Source of the DNA: Asterias rubens
Lineage: Eukaryota
Assembly: GCF_902459465.1 (NCBI RefSeq)
Contig: NC_047076.1
Coordinates: 1,054,001 to 1,118,000, forward strand
DNA length: 64,000 nucleotides
Direction: 5' to 3'
How positions within the stretch are numbered: the first letter of the stretch is position 1; every line of letters starts with the position of its first letter. Both the position numbers and the translations under genes were made by a program. Positions 12,199-36,302 of this stretch are shown in pieces. Below the pieces are notes generated by a model. That model searched no databases. It was not told where the DNA came from and saw nothing but the letters and a program-made list of their open reading frames with translations.

Positions 12199-15100
12199 TT
12201 ACTTGTTACTATTATTCCTGAGTGCAACAGTTAGATGCAACTCCTTAAGGGGTTTGACAACAACGTTAAGATTCGGAACAGGTTCCGAGTCACCCTCTAC
12301 CAAGCCCAAGTTGAACCTCCTTAGAATCCTCGAAACAAATACTTTAATTTTGTTCAATGCAAACTGCTGCCCGATGCAGTTCCGCGGACCGGCAGAGAAC
12401 GGACTAAACGCAAACGGATCCATCTTGTTGAAATTCTCCGGCAGGAACCGAGATGGTTTAAACTCCATGTGGTCTTCACCCCAGACGGTCGGGTTATGAT
12501 GGAGCTGGTAGAGGTTGATTGCTAAGCTGGTACCAGTCTGTAACGTCACTCCGTCTACGTCATAGGGTGCGGTTAGGGTACGGGTTGGCAGGATGACAGG
12601 TGTGTACATACGGATTGCCTCCTTGATGACCAGTGACATGTACTCCATCTGAATCATATCTTTGCTGTATGTGCGAAATTCAACATTTATTTCATATTAC
12701 ATACTCTTCTAAACATTTCGTCATCGATACCATGAACTGATACACACAATGTTACATAGCTTAGCAAGATAATAAGCACATATGGAGGGGGAAGAGTTAA
12801 ACCAAAATAAAGAGAAATCAGTGTTCAACTCCTGCAAAACATTCGATGTGAAAGCAGTCATGTGACGTCAAAAATTCACTTAAATTAACATTCGCAAAGG
12901 CTTGTATTTTTTATGTAAGACAACCTAGACAGACACAGGCAAACTACAACATGGAGACGGGACAAATATTTACAATTCATAGAAAGCATTACGTTAGACA
13001 AAATGCCAACAATTGTTTCTTCAATCTGTTGAACAATTTTTAAATTGTTTCCGCACCTCGTGATCCTATCAGAATCTCTCCCGTCGAGTATCTCATCCAC
13101 CTCCTCCCTGACCTTAGCCTGGTGCTCTGGGTGTCTAGCCAGCTCGTACAGTACCCACGTCAGGGTGCTTGCCGTAGTGTCATGGCCACCGAAGAGGAAA
13201 GTGTTGACCTCATCCGAGATTTCCTGGACGGTCAGCCCGGTGCCGTCTTCATCTCGAGCCATTAAGACGGTGTCCAAGAAGTCTCGAGGTTTATTTAAGG
13301 GGTCGCCACTCTTCATCTATATAAGACGCCGAAAAAGGAATCTCCCGGTTCAGAATCAACCCAGATTTGGCGAAAAACTTGTTAGATCTTGTTATGTAAC
13401 ACTTACAAGTTAAGGTGAGATTATTGACACTGACACTAAGTTGAAAAACAAAAACAACTCCGGTCATGACTTGAGATATATTTCCATTGTAAAAAAGTCT
13501 ATCTCTGCCATAGTACACCTCTTGCTCATTGCCGTTCTTCTTTAAGGACTGGCACTGTTCCTTCTTAAATAAAGATTGCAAAAGTCGTCAATTCTTTTTA
13601 AAAGGGTGATCGTAGCTGTATTAATCATTATACAGGCCTATTTGTGTTCTTTATGTTTTTCTAAGGTTTTTGAAACCTGTCTCTATGCCCGAACTGTGAT
13701 TAAGTTTGACCTTCTGAATAAGCTTGACAACTATCAGCACTTTCTTTCTGTAGTAAACATTCAGTCATTCGTGTATTTCTTGATTTTATTGTTTATGTCT
13801 CTAATGCAATTGATGACTCCAAACTTACCCCGGGGATGTTCATTGACCTTTCAAAAGCTCTTGATACGATAGACCATTAAATATTATAGGAATCCTTCAT
13901 CAGTATTCTCACCTTCTGGTCAAGTTCTTCTTTTCTTGCACTAATCAACTGACTAGCGAAATCAGTCAAATAATGACACGCCCTCTTCCACTCCGGGTAG
14001 AGGGGGCTGAAGTACCGGAACACCAATGGGTTCAAAAACACCGGACTCCCCGTTGTCCGGGCCTGCACGATCCCGGTCAAGACGTTGGTCGCGGAGAGAG
14101 GGTCCAACTCCCCGTTGATGGGAGGTTCTTTCAACTGGAAAGGAAAGAATAATAGAGTTGTTGATTGTTCTTTTTACCACTGATTTTATCTCAGAATTAT
14201 GTGTGGACATAGACAAATTATTGATGCTAAATATTAAATTCTTGCTTGTGGTCAAGCCAGTCCCTTCCCTTCACCCCCCCCTTTTTGTCCCCCTATTCAT
14301 TGTTTACCCCCTGCTTTTTTATGTATGCTTTCTAACCCCATTCATGTATTTCCACTTCACTGTTTGTGCTTCACTTAGTTACCTGTTCATGTTTGTTGTG
14401 TTGTCATTTAGCCTTCGAGAAAGACTCTGCTAGGGTCGAAACGTCAGGCCATTAACTATTTTTTGTAAATATTAAATTGAAAGACTTTTTGGAAAATTTG
14501 TATAGAATTAGATGTTGCTTTTTAAAACAATGGAATATATAACACCGGAAAAGTTTCCGTATCCTGTCACCACTTTTTAATTCGTAATGAAATAAAGTAG
14601 TGTCTAAATTACAATAATGGCCACCGCTGTGTAACTTTATTTATAAATTTCAGCCAAAAATATAGGATTCGAACTCTATAGTTACCGGGCAATCTCGATG
14701 GTCTAGTTGGTACGACACTGCTCTAGAATTGCAAAGATTATGGTTTAAAATCCGCTTGAGTAATATGCCTTTGATGTTATTCACAGGTTTTTTTTTTCGC
14801 CAGACACACAAGGCCTTAAGGCCACTTCAAGGTGTATGTGGCTACAATCAACCATTTTTGTCCTGGGCCGTGGCCACTTACTCCTTGGGCCGATACAGGG
14901 TTATCCCCTTCTTTATTCATTTATTATTGGTGTTGAAAAAAAGGAGAAAAAAAACATTACCTGGCAGTTCGACTGATGAGAACATGATGTCCGAAGAATA
15001 ATATCAAACGTACACTGACCGATCGCATGGTCAACATTCAAGAGTTGACCCTTGGCTGCAAGATCACCCATCTTCCTAAGCAGCACCTCAATACAATCAT

Positions 15101-15545
15101 TGTAGATTGGGACATACGTCTTCAACACATCAAAGTGAAAAGACCCAGTCAACAACCGGCGATTCCTCTTCCATTTAGCCCCGTCAGAGATAGCTAGCCC
15201 CTCCCCAAGCCAGTCAGCAAAAAGGTCGTAGATTTCAGACTTGACTGACCCAGTGGTGCTGGACAGCAAGGGTTTGATGGTGTCTGGATGGACCAGCGTA
15301 GGCATCCCGATGGGCCCGAGCCACATCGTGTAGGCACGGGGGAAGCTCTTGACTGTATCACGGAGCCATTTGAAGCCCGGCCCTAGTGGTTTTTGCTTCT
15401 GGTGACCGGCCAGCCAGTGGGCCCCTGGTGGGCTGGGTAGTTTACAGATCGCACATCTTCGCTGGAGTATACCACTAAGGGCAAGGCATATCTTGGTGAG
15501 GAAGACAGTGGCAAAAGTGATGATGACAATTACCCACCACAACAT
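12199..15545 (-). CDS. Cytochrome P450, CYP4 clan, paralog 2 (510 aa, 4 exons)
   Basis: Exons 15545-14961, 14134-13913, 13316-13057 and 12664-12199 sum to 1533 nt, with the same intron positions and phases as paralog 1. Motifs WLGEGL, FLFGGHDTT, EAIR, PSRF, FSAGPRNCIG. Confidence 0.95.
13400..13890 (+). mobile_element. Degraded CR1/L2-clade LINE reverse-transcriptase fragment in CYP paralog 2 intron 2
   Basis: Reads across frameshifts as SGHD...KKSI...TGTVP...KIAKVV...KKGDR...YRPI...FSKVFE...GMFIDLSKALDTIDH. Confidence 0.75.
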
Positions 15546-16575
15546 CTTTGGTTAGGTTAGGCCAAAAGTTCACAGCTTCACAGCAAGCGCACCTCTTAAC
15601 TACACCCTGGACAGGCAGGCAGGTTTACAGGCAGGCAGGTCAGCATAAAGTAAGTACAGTTATTATACCTTTATTGTTATACACAAATACCACCCATTAT
15701 GTGTGTACAAGGACAGTCCATATGAAGAACTTTGGCCCCGGTTTGAGCAGATAATCCCTCACGCTGTGTACTGTGTGAGCCGACTGTGTAACGGCTTGAG
15801 TGCACAGCCGGGAATGGAACAATTCATTTACATTTTAGGGGATCAAACTTCTAGACTTCGTAAGAAGTAGTCTAGGTTCCTAGACCATTGGTGTTGCGTG
15901 GTCACACACAACCAACGTTCCGATTATGCACGGCAAAAACTGTACACGCTTGTAATACACGAACGCTAGCGGGCGCTCTGTTTCTCTGATTTCCGGATCT
16001 CCCCATAGACCTTATTGCAGATAGCAATTTTGAACAACTGCGCATGTGCGCGCAAAGGACTGTGGGAAAAATTTGGCACCTCGCTCAAAAAAGTAAACAA
16101 CGTTCAACGTTCGTACACGATCGATCGGTTTGCAAAATGGATGTGGCAAGAGCTGCTTGATAGAATAAATAGTTCTGGCATAGACGAATTAAGGTCATCT
16201 TTAGGGCAACAAGGGCTATGTGAATAGCGCTCTCTAGTGTTGATACATTTCACACTTCGTACACTAAAATAATTCAGATTCAGATTCAGATAGAATGGTA
16301 AAGGTAATGGTTTCCAAGTGGCGTAAAACTTATGGCGATCTGTGTGTACAAACTTCTTGTTACAGGACCCTTTTTTGAAACATCCTCCTTCAGCCCTTGT
16401 TAATTTCCCTTATATGGGGGACAGAATCGAGTCCGTCGGACAGATTTCCCCAAAGAGGCCAACCCATACACATGAGACGACCACGAGGCAAGGATGATAA
16501 AGTTCATGGGCCAACAATTTCGCGATTGTCCCGCTAAACATTTCCAGTTGAGATAACAAAATTGATTGCTATGAA

Positions 16576-18832
16576 TTATGGATTTGGTTTTGTCTTGACT
16601 TTGATTCTGTGGATGTAATAATCAAGAGTTAACATCGACTCCTCAGTTTTGATGTAGTGGATAGATATCAAACTATCTGAGCAGCAATCGGGACCCTGGA
16701 ATTAAACAAAAGAAATAAAAAAAAAGGTTTTGAGAAAATTATATGAACAACATTATTACTAAGAATTGTTAGAAAATTTAAAGTTCTGTGTAACATTGTC
16801 AGTTTAACCGAATTTTACAATCTCTTAAAATAAATAAGTCTCGTTGGCAAACCTCTGCTGAAATGCTGATGACACAACAACAACAACAACAACAACACAA
16901 CAACAATAACAGCAAAAACAAAACTGCTATAAGAACGATCAATAAGAACATTGATTGGGGTCTATTAAGATGTGTTTTCATCGGTTACCAATTTCACGTC
17001 ATATTTCGAGGATTTGAAGAACCATTCCGGCATATTATCTTTGAAGTAATCGTCAGTACGCAAAGGTAGGAATCGACTTCGCTGGTACTCATCCCTTGAA
17101 TCACCGCGTAGTACATTCACTTTGGACAGGCACCAGCCAATCATCATGTCCTCTACTGCAGTAATCTTGCCACTGATGTGACAATTCCCATCAATCTTTA
17201 GTTGATCATTAGTCAGCCTCTTGAGGGCCTCCTTGCTGATTACATACCCTGACCCACCACTCATGTACCCCACATGCCAACCCTGTTGATGAAACTCATG
17301 ACCGTAGTAAACCGGCTCACTGCTGTTTTTGTCCCGCAGAAAACCTCTCAAATTATCCACTATGACGTAAGTGTCGTCATCAGCCTTAAAGAACCAATCA
17401 GCGTCGTTGAAATGGTGCTTATAGATGTAAAGAATTGCTTCTTTTGTCTTTTTCCATAAATGTTTTCTTCCTTCGTTCACTGGAAGCCCAACTGCTGGAA
17501 AGTCAAGATCGGTTTTTGAGCTCATGTACAGTGTGACGTCACAGCGTGGACCCCAAGTCTTCTTGATTCCGATTGCTCTACTGTGTAGAGTCTCTGGTGT
17601 CGTCATGACCCAGCAAAGCACCCTGGGATTGTTTGCATTGTTGATCTCAGACATTATGCGATGATCTGTTGAAACAAAATCAAATAATTTAGCTACGCCA
17701 TAAGTAAGCATTACGTCACGAGTATGCATACGTCACAAAAAACGCAAACGCATTGCGGGGGGGGGGGGGTGGTATACATTCGTCACATGTTGTTGGTTGT
17801 TGTATCTTCTTAAGTGAAGAGGTGAACTGATGCCTTTCGATGGTTTTCTGTGTAGACCTCGTGTCTTCAAATAATGTTTGCAAGGCTTTCAATTCGTTTC
17901 AAAACCCATGTGCTAAAGGCCCACAAAAAATATTAATTACCACATAATAGAAATATTATCTGTCCACTGAAACCAAAATGGGTTGATGGGCCACATTTAC
18001 ACACACGTATAGGCCCTACTTATTGAGTAATAGATTATGTGCCCATCTCAATGGTATCATTGTTTTTGCCATCCTTTTTTTTTTGGGGGGGGGCAACCGT
18101 TTGAGTGACCAAAGAGGAGTTTCAGCCAAGTTTGTCACAAATTTAAATGACAGCACCACACAGTGTGCCTCTGACAACTGAACAGGGGTATAGTTCAAGG
18201 ACTGATATTGTCAATAAAACATGGCCTCGCCAATATCACGGGCGGTACCCTTGAAGTTGTCTACATAATTTGTACAACTGCAAGGGTTTTGACCAGTCTG
18301 TCAAACAAATAGTGAGCATCTATTTCTGAAAAATCAGGCAACACCAATGAAAAGGAGAGAAATGGTCCACACGGTGTCCAAACAGAGTGTTGTTTCTGTT
18401 TCCAAAAACATACAATATTAAACAAAACCTGTAAACATATGGAAGGTTCATGGTCTAAAAAAATAAGGGGGAACGAGGGTTTCAAGACATTTTCATGAAT
18501 TTTCACAAACATACACTCTCCTCCCTGACTGAAAAAAAGTAAACCTTACCGTTCGCTGAGATGCGTTGCTTCACGGTGGGCTTTTGCGCCGTGTGTACCG
18601 GCGGGAGACGATGGGATGCGTTGGTCTTGACTTTATGAAATCTCTCGCCATATTTGACGAAGTTCATGATGGAGTCGGATTGTAATGAATCCCGGTTCAA
18701 GTTTTTAGGTTCTCTCTCTCGTAAAACGGACTCATACTTCTGCACTGTATGTATTGCTATTATCCACGTCAAGAAACTGCCACCGAAAAAGGCGAGTAGT
18801 AACATGAATAAAGTTTCCAGGTAATTTGCCAT
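16576..18832 (-). CDS. C1GALT1: Core-1 beta-1,3-galactosyltransferase-like (GT31), paralog 1 (359 aa)
   Basis: Exons 18832-18550, 17665-16989 and 16695-16576 sum to 1080 nt. Type II TM anchor, RVLCWVMT, TWGPRCD, WFFKADDDTY, GYMSGGSGY, EDMMIGWCL and terminal GPDCCSDSLISIHY. Confidence 0.9.
16875..16911. repeat. (CAA)n microsatellite
   Basis: CAA run grading into CAATAA in the last intron of C1GALT1-like paralog 1. Confidence 0.9.
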
Positions 18833-19744
18833 TGCAAAACTAGAGCCAGTTCGAGCAAGGGACTATGGTTGACTATCGTTGACCATTGGGTGATTTTGCC
18901 TGGTACCCAGGATGTATTTCATGCATAGGTAACCATAGAACATTGACTAGTGGTTGACAAATGGTCGCTCCTCGAACTTGCCCAATGTCTACTCAATGGT
19001 ATACCGCCCGTGATTTTGGCGAGGTTATGTATTACTGACAATATCAGTCTGTTGAGGTACCATATGGTAATTGGATTATAACTATTAATTTGTGTTTCCA
19101 AAATCCTAAATAACTTTTTTATTCATGTCCAACAATAGTATGGAATACAATCAATGGTGTACAACATAAAAGGAGATGTTTATTGAATATTGGAACAGAC
19201 GGTGCATGCTTCCATTGTCTTTGATGTGAAAAATCGCTTTGTTTTTGAAGTGATTAGAAACTCACAGACCGTAGTGTGATTGAAAGCATGTCATAGTCGA
19301 TATTAACACAAAGCACTCTTGGTACAGTGATTTGGGTGAAATTGATTCTGTCTACAGAAATAAATAAATGCTGGAATAAAAACAAGTAGGCCTACTACAC
19401 GAAAGATATCCACACAAAAAACATAGTTTTAAAAAGTGGTATTGGGAGATCTAAATACAAACAGTTTCAGTTTGTGAGAACTTTCAACATCACAATTTTA
19501 TTAGAATAAAATGAACGATAACCCACAAAGAAAGTGTTTGCTTTCTAAAGAATGATTTGGTGGTCACCAAAATTCTAGTAATGCGATTTCAACGTATACT
19601 TTTAAAAGTGCTGTTGCACCTGTTACAAGACACGTACTGTGGAATTTCAGTTGTTGGAATAATTTTAGTGGTAAACAATTGTTTAAAGTCACATATCGGC
19701 CCTGGAAAGATATCTCTGCAGACGATCGCTTTGACGTGATGACG

Positions 19745-21563
19745 TCACGTTTTGTTTCTCCTTAAGCGGTAGATGTAATAATCCAGCAATTGCATCGACG
19801 CCCGATCGGTGACGTAATGGATTGATATCAGGCTTTCTGAACAGCATTCCGGACCCTGCAAATCAGAGAAGAAAAAATTATTACTCGTTTTTTTAATATA
19901 TTTTTTAATATATATTTTATTTATATATATACAATTATTATTGGCCCATGCATGCTAGACATTTGCAGTAACTAAAAATTAGTAAACTTGCGGGACAACC
20001 ATGTATCAAATCTCCTTTGTGGGAATGTTTGCTCTAAAAGACACGGTGTGGTCTCGACGTTTCGATCAGTACACTCCGCGCGTCTTCAGGAGAAACGTCG
20101 ACGAGACAACACCTGCTCTTTTCAGAGCAATACTCCCATCAGGGAGATTTATGTTGTACCCGCAAGTTTATACGATTTTTTTGTTACTTCTTATTATTCA
20201 CACAATACAAAGCTTCAAACCACTTAAAGAAAAAGATGTTTAAATTTTAAATCATACTAAACTGAAACAAATCTTACCAGTTTAGTTTTATGTTTCGAGA
20301 AACGATTAAACCACTCTGGTACATTCTTTGTGAAGAAACTCTCTACAGTCAATGGTAAGAACCTATTCTTATTCTGATCATCTCTTGAATCTCCAACGGT
20401 TACTCCAGCCATCTGCATACACAATCCCACCCTTACATCTTCACTTCTAATCGTCTTGTAGTATTCACAGCTCGGTGTAGCCAATGGTATCTCTAGTTGG
20501 TTGACCACAATTGCTCTAAGGGCTTCTCTACTCATCACATAACCAGCTCCACCGCTCAAATATCCTTGGGGGATATACGGTTTAAAATGATGGCCGTAGT
20601 AAACCGGTTTACCGCTGTCTTTATCCTGCAGAAAATCTCGCAAATTCTCCATTATGACGTAGGTGTCATCATCAGCCTTCATGAACCAATCAGCGTCGTT
20701 GAAATGATGCTTATAGATGTACATGATAGCGGCCCTAGTTTTGTTCCATAGAGCTGGTCTTCCTTCTTTAACATCGAGCCCAACTGTTGGGAACTCTGGA
20801 TCGGTCTCAGAGCTCATGTACAATATGACGTCACAGCGAGGACCCCAAGTTTCCTTGATGCCGATGGCTCTGGTCTGAAGAGTGGACGGTGACGTCAGAA
20901 CCCAGCATAGCACTCTAGTTTTGTTGGTTTTTAAGTCCGGATTATGCAATGTCTTCGATTTAATACCTGGAAATCAAAGATTTAAAGAATAAAACAGATA
21001 AGTAATAATAATGTATAGATCTTAAAGCTACAGCGAAGTCACTCTTAAAACTGACTACCCATCTTAACATGACTCTTATCAAGCCCTGGAAGAGTGATGT
21101 GTTTGGGCGGGGGGGGGGGTAATAATCTTTTGTGACGAGGCCAAAGTTTCAAAGAGCTTCTTAAGCATACAAAAGTTGCTAAGCACAACAAAATTCTGCT
21201 TACCAGAATAACTAGCCAAACTGCCATGTCACATGTACAAAATCTCTGACTGGTATCCACCTCTCATTTCTGCTCAAACGGTGAGAATATCTTTGATATT
21301 TTCTACTTTATGAAATTAGGGGTTGAAATGGGTGGTTCCTTCTTACCTTGAGTGCGAATAGCATGACTAGTGGTAGGATGCGTCACGTCTTGTAAGACAC
21401 CAGCTCTCGTTGTGAAGGAGTCATCATCACTCCTTAACATCTTAGCCCTTTCTTGCAGGAGCATCTTATATTCCTCCAAGGTGCTCATTGTCACCATCCA
21501 CGTCAGGAAGCTGCCACTGGTGAAGGAGAGTAGCAATAGAAAGAGCTTCTTCAGGTTGGCCAT
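19745..21563 (-). CDS. C1GALT1: Core-1 beta-1,3-galactosyltransferase-like (GT31), paralog 2 (338 aa)
   Basis: Exons 21563-21347, 20966-20278 and 19855-19745 sum to 1017 nt. WFMKADDDTY, GHHFKPYIPQGYLSGGAGY, EDVRVGLCM, GPECCSESLISIHY. Same exon phases as paralog 1. Confidence 0.9.
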
Positions 21564-22389
21564 CAGATGAGAACCACTCCAGATTCTTGCTAGGGGGCTT
21601 CCTTATCTGTCTCCGGATGCCGTTCTTGGGAAGTAAGTTAACTCAGGAATAGTTCTTGGGTAGACTACACTTTAAACAATCCATGTTTAATTCTGGTTTG
21701 TTAGTACTGGCCATCCCATCCATAGACGTGAGTGATACAAACCCCTGTGATGAAGAGGGTTGTAATAATTGTAGAGATGGAATCATACAGCACTGATGAT
21801 GGAATGGACGTCGTATGCGTCTGGCCGTTTCTACTTCTGACCCTGTCTTCTTTAGAGTTTTAGCCTTTACATTTCATGAAATGGTCAAAATTTGAGCGCA
21901 ATCATCAACTAAATAATTTCATACCCGTAGGCTCTATCATGAAATTGAGTTCAGTGTTGCATGTTATACCCATTGTAGTTTATTTATTGTTACATAGCGG
22001 GGGACCTAATCAATTTAATCAATAACATTATGAATAGTAAAATGGGCCCGTCGAACTAATATGTGTATTCTTTTCCAGATGGGACAGGTCCTACAAAAAA
22101 AAATACTGAAATAATTTCGTTCCCCCGAAATATTCGTTATTTCAATGCAACTAAAACATTTTTGGTATTGATACATTTTCAGTTTTGTTTAACCTGTCCC
22201 TTCAGCGGCTCCATATATTCTCGAAACAGCCACATAAATAAACACTTTTCATCAATCAATATTTTACATAAATATAAAAGCAATCAAAGCGTTACAATTG
22301 TACAGATTTTCGCGAGCCCCCCCCCCCACCACATGAACAACAAGTTTCCGCCCCTGATGCAACCTCCCCCCCCCCCCGTTTATGTTACA

Positions 22390-22407
22390 TAGCGCCCTCT
22401 AGTGGCG
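22390..22407 (-). promoter_or_regulatory. CTCF-like motif in the divergent C1GALT1-like / DDX23 promoter
   Basis: Minus strand reads CGCCACTAGAGGGCGCTA, close to the CTCF consensus GCCACCAGGGGGCGCTA, ~160 bp upstream of the DDX23 ATG. Confidence 0.55.
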
Positions 22408-22564
22408 CACCGTAACTCACACTACTCGCATCAAACCAAATCAACTTGGCTCGTTTGTGTCACGTTGGTTTTATTTTTTTGAGCGTTTTGGCAGATTTTA
22501 ATACGATTTGGAGCAACGTGTTTCTGTTCCTTACAATCGGCTGTAAGTATTTGACTTGAAAATA

Positions 22565-34510
<11,946 letters not shown>

Positions 34511-35166
34511 TCCCACACCTTGAATTTCGCAGAGACCGTGAACTTGTTGCCACTGGGGCGGATTTCACAAAGAGTTTAGATTGACCTTAACTGTGAATCA
34601 ATCTTGAATGCTTAGCAAAGTGTGATGCCACAATACAAACTACTCTGGTAATACTGACCACTCATCTTAAGATGAATCTTAGTGCTTTGTGAAATCGAGC
34701 CCTGGTCTTGGCCTTGGTGCCCCTGCAAAAGACTTTAAGATTTTCCACTTGAAGTGCCCTTTGCAAAATGAAAATGGCCTTGCCCTACTCAAAGATGAAA
34801 TTCCAGTCCTGTAACACTAACCAAAGCAGATATATTTCACGTTTCACTGTATTTAACTCATCAAACTACAACGGCACATTTTGTTTTATTCTGTTGGGTG
34901 GAGGACTATACTCGTAAACTGTTCATGCTTTACATGGAATCAGGCATACCACCACAATCAGAGTCCAACAGTTTGGGTATTGAGTCTAATTTTCATCATC
35001 TAATTTTTGATTTTGTTTGAGTGAGGAAGGATCCTAAAGGTGTGGTCTGTATCCCTTTTTCTTTTGGAAAGGGAGTTTTAGAGATTCTTTTAATTATTTC
35101 TTTCTGTTCATGAAACCAAAGTACCATCAGAAGCAGCTAGCGTTGCGACTTGAAACTATGTCTAGT

Positions 35167-35406
35167 GGTGCGTTCGATTAGCTTCCCCAGGTCGACCCTG
35201 CGGTGCTCATTCGGGTGAGAACCTGACAAGAGCTAATCAAACGATCACTCGCCCTCTCGTGGTGACATCATGTACCAAGTGACCCGTTCCACAAGCAGAG
35301 CACTTGGGGCTGACCCGGGTGAGTCCCTGGAATGAAGTCAAAGCTATTTGAACGTACCGGGGGCAGACGAACCTGGGTAGACCTGGGAAAGCTTATCGAA
35401 CGCACC
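35167..35406. mobile_element. PIF/Harbinger-like MITE present only in unit 1
   Basis: 27-bp TIRs GGTGCGTTCGATTAGCTTCCCCAGGTC / GACCTGGGAAAGCTTATCGAACGCACC; absent near 58620 in unit 2. Confidence 0.75.
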
Positions 35407-35846
35407 CAGTTTAAAAAAAAAACACCCAGGGGAAAAAAAACACGCAATCAGGTAGGTACTGAAAACCCAATCCACATACAAGGGTTTGGTCTGAAGTGGG
35501 ATTCGAACCAGGGTCCACAGAGTTGAGCAGGGAAAGAAACCACTGAGCCAATCTCAATTTTGGTTACTAGGTAAACAAAGAAGGAATCAGATTTACTTAT
35601 AAGCTGCGTTCTTTAATCATAGCATCAATTTGAGTTAGCATGGAGTACATGTAATTCATAAGCAATTAATCAAAATGGAAGAATTATTCTCGAAAAAATT
35701 AACAATGGAAGTGTTGTTAAATACGGATTCTTGTTATTAAACCAGCAACTGGCTAAACATATCTCATAATACATTGTTTATGAGTCATTTATTTGTGGAG
35801 CCATTTATTAATAAAAATAGTACCAGAGTCTAAGGCCGTCTCCGTA

Positions 35847-35949
35847 ATGGCGACTTCGGCTACAGCTACGGCTAGATCGCCCGCGTCTGCCTATTCTTCC
35901 ACAATGGCAGACGCGCTGATCTAGCCGTAGCTGTAGCCGAAGTCACCAT
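35847..35949. repeat. Palindromic MITE (~45-bp arms, 14-nt loop)
   Basis: ATGGCGACTTCGGCTACAGCTACGGCTAGATC...GGCAGACGCG...GTAGCTGTAGCCGAAGTCACCAT. A more decayed counterpart lies at ~59364-59470. Confidence 0.75.
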
Positions 35950-36302
35950 TTCGCAGTCTGCTACAGTGAAGAGAGAACCAGTAATGATTCTTTAATAGCA
36001 AAATGGCCTTACTCACAAATTACATTTTTGAAAACCAAATACAGAGATCAGTTGTTTTGCCATAAAACAGGATAAAAATGTAAAAGAGGCGGAGATAGGG
36101 CAGGTTATAATCACATCCATACATAGCTTTTAAAATATTAAAACGGAAATTCCCTCAACTCACACCTAGAAATGATCTTATATACGGAACAAAATGTTCA
36201 ATACGCACTCTAATACAAATTTCCTTACAGAGCTTGAACAAAAAGAAAATTTGTTCAAATGAAGGAAATAAACATAATGATTATGTAATTGATAGATAGT
36301 TA

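Noticed and set aside
5408-13413. Plus-strand ORFs opposite the P450 exons that resemble each other between paralogs
   Set aside because: Antisense shadows of conserved coding exons.
16799-17069. Poly-Cys and poly-Gln ORFs
   Set aside because: Translations of the intronic (CAA)n microsatellite.
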